From: Ramazzottius varieornatus | Lineage: Eukaryota > Animalia > Tardigrada | DNA: 64,000 nucleotides | Assembly (NCBI GenBank): GCA_001949185.1 | Contig: BDGG01000002.1 | Location: forward strand, 4,950,448-5,014,447 | Direction of reading: 5' to 3' | Part shown: in pieces, positions 39,791 to 50,429 of the stretch | Layout of the letters: every line of letters begins with the position of its first letter | Position numbering within the stretch: position 1 is the stretch's first letter | Notes under the pieces: model-generated | What the model saw: the letters and a program-made list of their open reading frames with translations, nothing else | Told to the model about the DNA's origin: nothing | Database searches by the model: none | Translations under genes and position numbers: made by a program

Positions 39791-40879
39791 ATGGCGAAGC
39801 CGACGTTCGGGTCTGGTCCGACAGCTATGCTGACACTTCTTAGTCAGCAATATCGGATGCTTGCGGAATTGTGAGTACTCGTCTGCCTTCATGAATCAGA
39901 TTGTTTTGAACTTCAGATCGAAAACGTGGGCCTTGACATGGAGACGCTGTTTTGATGATTTGTTCTGTAGCGGGGACCTTTGTCGGGACCCCTGTGATGG
40001 ATTTTTTCTCGCGTTGGCGGAGGAGGATGCTACAAGTGAGTCAAGACCAACAGCGGATTAGTGCAGAGGCGTTCCTGCGATATTGGTTAGTTCAGTTTCT
40101 TGCAGGGTGGCTGGGAGTTATGACGGTGATTGACGGCATGTACGCTGGTGGCCTCTTCAAATTTCAGCTGCAGCATTTCCTAGAAGCTCGACCTCGCATG
40201 TTTTTCTCGCTTCCCTTGTTTCATCAATTGGTCGATCCTAGAAGTGGAGAGTTCAACTTGGATCTCCTTCCGACGACCTGGAAGTAAGCTCGCTGTGTTC
40301 CTCTACGATGAAAGATTTTGGTGGTTCTTCGAGCCTCGAGTAGAGGTCGCTGTCCATGTGGTGACCCGCGTATCGCCCTGCATCACTGTTTCATTCAAAC
40401 CTCTTTTCGCAGTGCAACAAGCCATGTGAGGACGTTGCTGCGATCGGTAAAAGAGGCATTCCACGATCCAGCTGGCGTAATTTCGAACGGACCTCACAGT
40501 AACGCCTCCGCCGCTCTACTGTGTCTTAATAACGAGGCGGAATACCGAGCACGCGTCTTGAATGATATATCGATACACTACCAGAGTATGGAAGAAGAAG
40601 AAGGCAAATCTGATTCTTCGGGCGTCGCTTTTGGGTGGGTTTCCGAAATTTCCAACATTGGCAACCGGATATACTTACTCGTAGCGATGATGATTCAAGA
40701 CCCTCACATCGCAGTGCGATGTAAGCATTCCGCCCGAACATGTTGCTTGTTCTTGCAGTCCGTGGATACCCGAGTTACACGAGAAAGTCCTGAAGCAGAT
40801 GTTAGAAACCTCAGAACGCTCGAAAGAAGCGCCCGCCTCGCCGGAAATCACCCTTCCTCCTGATCGGTGCAGCTCTTAG
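39791..40879 (+). CDS. AKTIP: AKT-interacting protein / Fused toes (inactive E2 variant, UEV)
   Basis: QQYRMLAEL; WLGVMTVIDGMYAGGLFKF; PRMFFSLPLFHQLVDPRSGEFNL (Asn at the catalytic Cys position); NASAALL; AFGPWIPELHEKV. The five exons join in phase. Confidence 0.85.
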
Positions 40880-41510
40880 ATTGGAACATCTGGTCGTCCA
40901 AGGCTTCAGCACTATTGTACTTTCAGCCTTTTTACGTTTTTGATTGCGGATAGCAGAGATGCGGGAAACCTTATCGCTGTGATAATTTTTCCAACTCGAT
41001 CGGCGATCTAGTCGTGAATTTTCAGATCCTGTCCTGCAGTTCTCCTGGGGAATTTTTTACGTTTGAACATCGTTTACGTTTGCACGAGTACATCGTTTAG
41101 TTTTCGTTTCATCGTTCCTACTTGCTTAATTTGGATTTCCGTTTCTCCAATGACGCTTCGGCGAGGCGTAAGAGCACGGATTAGAATTAGCCAGGAGCTC
41201 CTAGCTCATGTACTGTATCAAGATATCGTGGTAAGAGCAAAACAGAGTTTGACAGATATCTTGGTTACCGACGGACTTTCGTTTTCCAAATAGTACATCA
41301 GAAACGCGACAATCGCGTGACACCAACCAATGCAAACGACCCAATGTCTCAAGAGCCAGAATGGTCAGCTCGATAAATGGAAAAAAAACTGCAAGACAAC
41401 GTACTAACATGGAAAAAAAACAAAAGCTCGCAACCATCGCATGAAGGAAAGGTGCATTTCATAAGTCAGCTGAATACAAAAGCTACCAACAAAACAAGAA
41501 GCGATGCCAC

Positions 41511-42740
41511 TTAAATAAGATCCGAGACATTCATGGGCATTTCATCGATCTGGGTGGAATAGTACTGTTCGATATCGCGGAGGATTCGGATGTCGTCATT
41601 CTTGACAAAGTTAATGGCGACCCCCTTGCGACCGAACCTGCCCGATCTGCCGATACGGTGAATGTACAACTCACGGTTGTTCGGCAGGTCGTAGTTGATG
41701 ACCAGCGAGACTTGCTGGACATCGATGCCTCGTGCCCAGACATCCGTGGATATCAAGACGCGACTGCTGCCATTGCGAAACTCTTTCATGATGGCATCGC
41801 GTTCCTTCTGCGGCATATCACCGTGCATGGCCGACACGGTGAAGTTGGCCTGTCGCATCTTCTCGGTCAACCAGTCTACCTTACGCTTAGTGTTACAGAA
41901 AATGACAGCTTGAGTTATGGTTAAAGTATCGTACAAATCACACAGAGTATCGAACTTCCACTCCTCTTTCTCCACGGCCACGAAGAACTGCTTGATCCCT
42001 TCCAGTGTCAGTTCGTCACGCTTGACCAGGATGCGAATGGGATCCGTCATGAACTTGGAGGTGATTTCCAGGATCTCGTGAGGGAGGGTGGCGGAGAGAA
42101 GGACGACTTGGGTGTCCGGTGGCAGGTGGCGGTAGACGTCGTAAATCTGCTCTTTGAAGCCTCGGTTAAGCATCTCGTCAGCTTCATCCAGGACCAGCAG
42201 CTTGATATTTCTTGTCCGCAAGTTTCTCCTCTTGATCATGTCCAGTACCCGCCCTGGTGTCCCACTGACAACGTGCTGACCGTAATCCAGCTTGCGAATG
42301 TCCTCACCGACGTTAGTGCCTCCAATGCAAGCATGACACTGTACGGACATGTAATCGCCCAAGGCTAAAATTACCTTCTGGATTTGCTGGGCAAGTTCCC
42401 GCGTTGGAGAAAGGACTAGAGCTTGGGTTTCGCGGTTCTGGATGTCCAGGTTCTGTAGGATGGAGATGGAGAAGGTGGCAGTCTTGCCTGTACCAGACTG
42501 CGCCTGCGCGATGACGTCACGTCGCTTAACTATCGGCTTAATGGCGCGCTGCTGGATGGCTGAAGGTCGTTCGAATCCGAAGGCGTAGATCCCACGCAGC
42601 AAGTCTTCCCTTAATCCCATGTTATCGAAGCTAGGTACTACTTCCACTCCTTCGCTCGTTTCAAACTCCAGCTGGGCTTCTTCACTGTCGAAAATCACCT
42701 TTCTGTCACCATTTCGAGCAGCACCGCCAGTGGACGCCAT
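41511..42740 (-). CDS. EIF4A3: Eukaryotic initiation factor 4A-III (exon junction complex DEAD-box helicase)
   Basis: Uninterrupted 409-aa ORF: [31 protein letters not shown]; 4A-III-type STDVWARG and [14 protein letters not shown] 5'UTR intron lies at 42747-42802. Confidence 0.98.
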   Translation of the reverse strand: MASTGGAARNGDRKVIFDSEEAQLEFETSEGVEVVPSFDNMGLREDLLRGIYAFGFERPSAIQQRAIKPIVKRRDVIAQAQSGTGKTATFSISILQNLDIQNRETQALVLSPTRELAQQIQKVILALGDYMSVQCHACIGGTNVGEDIRKLDYGQHVVSGTPGRVLDMIKRRNLRTRNIKLLVLDEADEMLNRGFKEQIYDVYRHLPPDTQVVLLSATLPHEILEITSKFMTDPIRILVKRDELTLEGIKQFFVAVEKEEWKFDTLCDLYDTLTITQAVIFCNTKRKVDWLTEKMRQANFTVSAMHGDMPQKERDAIMKEFRNGSSRVLISTDVWARGIDVQQVSLVINYDLPNNRELYIHRIGRSGRFGRKGVAINFVKNDDIRILRDIEQYYSTQIDEMPMNVSDLI

Positions 42741-43187
42741 CTTGCCTATGATAAACAGACTACAAAACCAGCACTCATTTTTCCACCAGATGGGTCACTT
42801 ACCTTGCTGGTCCAACGATTCAGTACTCGAGGAATTTTCTTCAGATGAGGAGAGGATCTAGTTTGGTAGGAGGACACTAGCAACTTTCTCAGGACAGGAC
42901 GTTGGTGTCGAAATCTATTACTGCGCCATCACTGTGAAATCCAGCCGACTGATTTTTGCTGAAACGGTTCGAAGCATTTTTCCATTTGAATGCCACGTAA
43001 GGGCGTAAGCAACCGTTTGATTTGGTTAACCACCAAGAAGAATTTCTGGATTGGTCGATGAAATTTCAAAAGCGGATGGTCAAGTACAGCTGTACCCTCT
43101 TAAACCTGTAACCCAGATTACCTGACATAACACATACTTACAGGATTTTTCGTGCAGATTCAACCGGAAGTCCGGGAACCTGAGCGA

Positions 43188-43368
43188 CAACCAAGAAAGA
43201 AGCAGTCACTGTCTCGGTTCCAGGTGCAAAATGAAGCTTTTCCCGACAGCAGACGCAGATCTTGAGCTTTCTTCACCGGCCTCGGCTTTCAGGCGTGGAG
43301 ACACTCTAACCACCTCGCTTCGGCGCTACCTAAGTTGCTGGCAAGGCCAACCAAGAAAGAAGCAGTCA
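43188..43368. repeat. Pair of exact 21-bp direct repeats 160 bp apart
   Basis: CAACCAAGAAAGAAGCAGTCA at 43188-43208 and 43348-43368. Confidence 0.8.
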
Positions 43369-43672
43369 AACCTTAAAATACAGTAACCCTACGTTACAAG
43401 TACTTTGAAGTTTCTCAGGGCTTCATGCCTCACAGTCAGACAAAAGCGTATTGTTCGTTCTAAGCATAGACAACAATAAACATTAAACAACGAATTCAGC
43501 GGCCCCTTCAACTGAATTTCGAGAATCGCTACAGAAACCCTGCCGATCATCATAAGACCCGGAACCAACGGGCAGTTCCTACTTCCTACATATGAAGAGC
43601 ACTTTGTTCACTACTACTCGGGAACTCCGAACAACTTTATGAACAAACGTCGTGATGGAAAGTGTCAGATCA

Positions 43673-44550
43673 TCAGCCAATTTCCTCTGGTTTCAGGAGC
43701 ATGTTGGGTATTCCATTTTGCACAGGAAAAGATCGACCACTCTCGGGACAGATAAGTTCGCCGGTTATGACTTCAACCTGAAAGAGTAACAGAACTTAAC
43801 ATACCATGCCTCAGACCACATCATGAACGTCTCGGCAACCGATGACAACGGATCGCTTTCGTCTGAAACAATCACCGCTGCGACAGTGTCGGAGGACCTT
43901 GGGGACTTCCGGTCAAGCAGTTTCAAGCACGCACTTCAGACTTCACGGGGTCTCACTGAACCGGCACCCACCAGATCTTTCATGGTACGCATCGAGGATA
44001 CAGCATGGAAATTATCGCTGAAGGAGGAACACCATCACCTTACCTCCAATAGTGCGTGGTGCAGCTTCTTCAGAAACTCTTCCGACGATGCAGCGTCCTC
44101 CGGTAATGTCCCAGGAAGTTCGTCTAAGTGACCAGCCTACGACCAGAACAACCCGTAAGGTTATGGGTAATGATAATTTTGCTTTCACACAGTCTTGCGC
44201 AAGGTCAAGACCAATAAAGCCTCGCAACTATCGAGCAGTAAAACTGCGTATTTATTTACCCGATCAGACTTACATCCTTAGCGGCTGCATACAGTGCGTC
44301 GTAATGTATCTTTGGCAGGAGTCGCACAAGGAAATCTTTGTTGAATTCGGATTCTCTGATCTCCACAGTTTCCGCCTAAAGAGAAAACTATTGTCACATC
44401 ACGCATATGAATGATATGATTTACATTAGCACATCTGGCAAGAGAATTAACAGTGTGAGAAACCGAGCATACCTTGACGCGGAGCGGGTACCCTTCCTGA
44501 ACACCTTTAATAGCTTTCGACGTAAGCATGTTATGCGTGAGCAGCTTCAT
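43673..44550 (-). CDS. TRMT112: Methyltransferase activator Trm112
   Basis: MKLLTHNMLTSKAIKGVQEGYPL; EFNKDFLVRLLPKI; EEFLKKLHHALLE|VEVITGELICPESGRSFPVQNGIPNMLL; four exons. Confidence 0.95.
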
Positions 44551-45569
44551 GGTTCGAGAGGTATACGGACAGGCAGAGGTGGTTTGAAGGAAAAGAAGGT
44601 GAAGGGTCGGAAATCGTCGGAAGAGCACCAACATAAAATCACGCCACCGAATGGATACTAGATCGACCAGCGAAACGCAGCCCCTGTATGCCTACAACTC
44701 CACTTCTCGCTGTTACTATCATGCCCTGCTTTCCTCAGATATCAAGGCTGCATCACTAACGAATCAGAAGCTTCTCTGTACCGTCATCGAGACTCAAAGA
44801 GGCACAACAATCGAGACTGGAGAGTCCAGATTCCAGAAATCTGAAGGAAAGATGGTTGACACGATTGAAATTGACTGGTGCTTCTCTGAAATCTGAATAA
44901 CTCTGATCAACAATCAACCATTTGTACTACAGTACTGCTTGCTTACATCACTTCTTACGTCATCTTACTGTATAAAACTGCAACACTGACCGCCACCGGA
45001 CCAGGGTCCAGGAAGTAACTTAGACGAACTAACGAAGATCCACCGTTCACAAACTGATAAACTTGTGTTTGAAGACCGGTAGATACTGATATTTTTTCCG
45101 GATACCTCAACCAGCACAGTTCACGGATGTCTGAGCTGGCTGGTGTGGGCTGATTACGGCTATAAGGTACACTACGCGCGTAGGGGATTACGAGCACGGT
45201 AAAGATGACACCAAATTTTGTATGAAAACCCAAGGTGATAAGCGAAAGACTAGAAAAGAAATGGAAACAGCCAGACGTTGCACGAGAGAAGTAGTGCTAA
45301 GTGAAAACAGCAGGAGAATAATATTGAACGAACTACGCTTCTACAGTAATGATACGAGTGGACGGAGTCATTGCAGCGCGAAAACCCTCACGTGTTTTCA
45401 CCACAGCGTCTTGTGGTCATGTAAAGCCTTTCCGAAATGTGCCGTCGAAACATCAGCAAAACGGGTAAAAGAAATAATTAGTAAACTCTGGTGCACAGAT
45501 AAAATTCAGAAGTATCGCTCTAAATAATTCTGGTCTTTTTCTCCACCGGTCATTTGAGAACTCCATTCC

Positions 45570-48500
45570 TCACTGCTTTCCACCGCGCTTAGATCCATGA
45601 CCGGGCCACTTATACGTACCGGTGTACATGAAGTTGTTGTCAGCTGCCAGATCGTCGGCTTCCGGAGGTCCGCGACCACCAAACTTGTACTGAATGGGCT
45701 TGACTTTGTCCTTCTCGATTTGATGCAGAAGCGGAGTGAAGATGCGCCAAGTTTCCTCTAGTTCATCAGCGCGGACGAAATGCATCTGGCGACCTCGCAG
45801 AATCTCCAAGAACAGCAACTGATAAGCCTCAGCTAGCACGAGTCCCTAAAAAAGAGTAAACTGGCTTCACAACCGAGTATCATCCTGTTATTATGCAATT
45901 CAATGAAAAATCGATTCTCTCCGATTCTCCGACTGAAAACGAGAAACCAATTCTAGCTCGTCCCATCAGACGAGAAGTCAAAAGTAAACTCACCTCGTAA
46001 CGCTTGCTGTAAGTCAAGTCGAGCTCGGTTTCCTCAATGCCGAAATGACTGTTGGGTGTCTTGGTCATCATCTTCAGGTAGATGGCTTCATTTGGCTGCA
46101 CGCGAATGACGAGCTCATTTCTCTTGGCATCGTCGTCCGGGAAAATGTCTCCATCAGGAGTCTTGAACTGCACACGAATTTCGGCCTTGCGTTCGTTTAA
46201 AGCTGTAAGAAAAAAACACGTGACACAAATTCGCCAGCGTGATAAAATATTTCGAGAATCATAATAGGCAAAGCTTAGTAAACCTCGATTGTGCAGTACC
46301 TTTTCCGGCACGCAAAATCCACGGGACACCCTCCCATCGTTCGTTATCGATCTTTAAGACCACCGAAGCGAATGTAGGAGTGACTGAGCCTTTGGGAACG
46401 GTTTCATCGTCCAAATAACCGGTTCGCTCGTCGTCATTTTTACCGTCGGGGTTTGCGATGTACTGACCCAAAACGGTGTCTTCAAGTTTCACCGGCTTGA
46501 TGCGGCGAAGGACGCGAACCTGTATTAAACAAATATGCACTGTGATATGGAGCTTCAAAATATTCCATAGGTGGTGCTCGTAGTACCGCATTCAAGTAAG
46601 AGAAAACAAGTCCGCCTGCTTTCAAAGTTTAAACTAATCACCAGTAGAAATCTGTAGAACCTTAAGGCGAGTTCGACAAAAGCATCAGCTTACCTTTTCA
46701 TCGCGAATATCTTCGGCGTCAAGGCTAACCGGTTTTTCCATAGCAGCCAAGCAAAATATTTGCATCAGGTGGTTCTGAATGATGTCCCTACATTAAAGCA
46801 AACTCGATCAAGCGCATAGACGCAGTCTGCATTCTATTATTATTGAGGAAAGACCTTCCATCGAAATTCAAACACGTTCAAAAGACCGCCAGAGAAGCTG
46901 TACGGTACTTACCGAATAATACCGTACTCGTCGAAGTAGCCCCCTCGACCCTGGGTACCGATGGGTTCTTTGAAGGAAATCATCACGCTGGCGATGTTGT
47001 GCGTGTTCCAAGAAGGTCCGAAAATTCGGTTGGCAAATCTAGGAAGACGACATTAGCAGTGATAAATTGAAGAGAATCTGAAGAGTGTGACAGTAATTCC
47101 CGCGGAGCAACACCCTGTTTTACGTGGCCAGTGGGTAAAAAATCTGAACCAGGTCGTCATGCCAAACGCGCACTCTTCAGCCAACAACAATGGAAAGGTG
47201 AGCCACTTGAAATAGCGAAGTGTTTCAGTTTGTTCGCCCTCGTCCCGTATAACTCATGTTTTCCCTCACAAGAGGGAGGACATTTTTTCCCCTGAATTCG
47301 CTTACCTTAGCGTGATTAGATTCTGGACGAGCTCTTTTCCCAGGTAGTGGTCGATTCGGTAAATCTCTTCTTCTTTGAACAAGCCCTTCAGATGTTCCGA
47401 AAGCTTTCGGGAAGTCTCGAGATCTCGACCGAAAGGCTTCTCCAACACTACGCGATTCCATCCTCTGCAAGAAATACCTCATTGCCTTCAGTCAGTGTCG
47501 ATCTTCTTGCTCCTTTAGATTGGTCCACTAGAAAATCTACCTTGTACCCCAGCAGGCTTTTCGGATAAAGGTGGTGGCAACGTCAAAGACGAAGGGCGGC
47601 AAGGACAGGTAGAAGACGCGATTTCCGGCTTTCACCTTCGCTTCCTTCTCGTCGAGTGCCACATGGAGGCGCTTGAAGTCCTCAGCTTTGTCGTAATTAC
47701 CAGAAACATAGATGTTGTTCTTCATAAATTCTTGAAACTTGCCTTCTTGTCCTGGCTGAACCTGCACAACGAAAGCGGCATTAGCGGATTAGAATCATCA
47801 GAAACAGATTCAAAATCGGTTGATGCATGATTTTAGAACAGTGGCACAAGCCAAATCTAGCGCGAAATCTGTCTCCTACCTTACAGTTAGCTTCAAAGCT
47901 CTTTTGCAAGTCATTCACAGAGAGTTTGGACCGGGCATAACCGACGAAGAGGGTGTTCTGGGGCAGCAAGCCATCACGGTAAAGCATCCTGAAAAAAATC
48001 AAAGTATAATATTGTAGCAGCGGAGTGAGCGGTGTAGTTCTCGAAGGAGGTGAACGTGACACGTGAAAATTGCGTCGACATACCATAAGGTCGGGTAAAT
48101 CTTCTTCTTGGCCAAGTCTCCAGACGCTCCGAGGATGATGATGGAGTACAAGTGGTCTTCTTTCCATTGGTCTCTCGGAATATCTTCTAGCAGCTTCGAC
48201 TTTTCGCTCTTCAGCACGTGGGCATCCTTCTCCGCCTTGGTGGGGATCGGCCCGGAATTGGTCACGGTTGGCATCCTGCAAACATGTAGCTCTACGGTCG
48301 GAAGTCGGATAAGCACAGCACTTGCTTTCCGAGGAACGAACAATAGGAGTTAGGATTTAGGAGGTAGCGAATATCTCGGATGCAGATTCTGTCTGTATGA
48401 TTGTATCGATTCTCGACTTCGATTGAAAACTAAGCTGTTTCATCTACCGATGGGTGGTACTTTTAGCCTCCTGGCCAACCCATCCACCATGGATTCTTTT

Positions 48501-49567
48501 ACGGCCATAGATTTCAGTTCGCGAGGCGGGTCAACTTGGCCGTTTTAGAAAGTTAAGATCAGCTCTTGATCATCCCGCTACGAGGAAGATCAACTGATAG
48601 GATCTCTGATCCTCAGTATGTACGATCCTCCACACAGTCGTACGTGTGAATCCGTCCCGCGTAGTGAGCACGCGGCAGACCGGCCAATCAACGGTCAGCT
48701 GTAAATCAGCCGACCGTGAATGTGCAGCATCACACACGGTTAGCCCAGCGTGTCATGGATTACCTGAATATGTACTCATGGCGCAAATCTGTNNNNNNNN
48801 NNNNNNNNNNNNNNNNNNNNNNNNNNNNNNNNNNNNNNNNNNGTACGACTGTGTGGAGGATCGTACATACTGAGGATCAGAGATTCTATCAGTTGATCTT
48901 CCTCGTAGCGGGATGATCAAGAGCTGATCTTAACTTTCTAAAACGGCCAAGTTGACCCGCCTCGCGAACTGAAATCTATGGCCGTAAAAGAATCCATGGT
49001 GGATGGGTTGGCCAGGAGGCTAAAAGTAGCACCCATCGGTAAATGAAACAGAGCTTAATCACAGCTCATATATGTGCGCAAGTTGACCGAAAATCAGCTG
49101 ACTCACATAACCCAGCACCGCCACTTTGTCAGCGTTACCGCCACAACTGAAAGAGGTTTGACTTCCAGAGACCGAGCCAGATGAGTTCGCTGGGACACTG
49201 TTGGCGCAATTATTTTCTGGAATCTGGGTAAGCTCAAATCTTTCAGCTCTGTTCTATTGAGTGAACAGCTGAATCTCCTACGGATCAAGATTCGAGAAGA
49301 ATGGGATCTTACCTGTTGGGATCAGGGCTGGCGGCTGCGATTACCGCATTATGGACAGAATGGTCATCGTGCGGCTCGTGCCTACAAATGGACAAGGAAG
49401 TTCAATGGAGAGCGACCGAAGCGTACTTAAGAAAACTCGTATGTTTTAAGGAAAGGAACAGGAAAAGATGCTCAAGAAAACGATACGGCCACGTACCTGT
49501 GTTCTAGAGATCCCAGGTCGTCGTGGGATCCACGAACTTGATTCAGCAGGGAAGACAAGTACTCCAT
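45570..49567 (-). CDS. G6PD: Glucose-6-phosphate 1-dehydrogenase
   Basis: [16 protein letters not shown]; [11 protein letters not shown]; [10 protein letters not shown]; [15 protein letters not shown]; [15 protein letters not shown]; [18 protein letters not shown]. Upstream exons 49567-49497 and 49381-49313 splice in phase 2 onto the exon containing ATG 48274. Confidence 0.97.
48433..49055. mobile_element. Foldback/MITE-like element with ~210-bp inverted arms in a G6PD 5' intron (gap in the middle)
   Basis: 48433-48641 is the near-exact reverse complement of 48843-49055; TA on both flanks. Confidence 0.88.
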
Positions 49568-50429
49568 TGGACAGATCGTGTCGAGGAACAAGGAGGGTGA
49601 AAAATTTTACCAATGTTAGCCGAGAAGGTTTCCAACTGTGGAGCCGATGTTTGATCCTGACGTGGTACGAGCCGGTCACTGACTGGTCGCTGGTCAGGCA
49701 ACTGGTTGCAGGTTTATGCCTTGACATCGCAGATGGCTGTGAGAAAGGAACCCAAACGATCATTATCTCCTCTCCTTGGCTCCGTTGTTCAGCATCCGGA
49801 CCCGGATTCTCGGCAAGCAGATAAGATTTTGTGGGCCTAACAATTGTTAGGCTTGAGGAATGGGGAAGCGCCCTCGACAGGCACGGCCTTGAGAAAAAAT
49901 TGTGATCAAACCCGTGCCCAGGTCGCGTCCTCATGCCCACGTGTGCTGAAATAATATTCCGCGTCCAAAGATTTGAGCCATGTTCCTACGTACAAATGAG
50001 TCTTCCATGGTATGTTTTTCGGATCATTGATTGAACACTTGAATGTCCGTAGGAAAGAGTTTCAGAATCGAAATTCGAATGCGCATTAGCCAGAACAGAT
50101 TATCATGAAAGGGCGGAGCGCCTCCTCCGTTTTCCCCCAATCACACTACTGATATAAATTGACTCTGAAATTTGGAGGTTTGTTGGGCACTTTGGCTTCG
50201 CAATTTCCTGAGTTTCCTCCAGGCCATTCTCTTGCTGTCAACGGGCTGAATAGCTGGGATCAGAATCAGTCCGTAGTGTTGTCTGGAAAACTCCAAAGTA
50301 CAAATTCTTGTATCTTTGCAGAATCTGAAGAAGGTCTTCCTGGACGAGAGCGCGCAGCACCGATCCTGTCTGCCCACCGTCTTCATCTTCGCACTGTAAT
50401 TCCACCCAGTCTTTATCGCCGTCTACAAG

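Noticed and set aside
43209-43347. tRNA or SINE suggested by TGGTTAGAGT on the minus strand
   Set aside because: No B-box (GTTCRA) and no cloverleaf.
43850-43960. RNase P/MRP RNA suggested by GAAGTCTGA...TTCAGAC and GGAAGTCCCC
   Set aside because: CR-V context and spacing do not fit, and no P1 closure was found.
44955-45233. Minus-strand 92-aa ORF with a hydrophobic start
   Set aside because: Non-ATG start; lies downstream of the G6PD stop, probably 3'UTR or intergenic.
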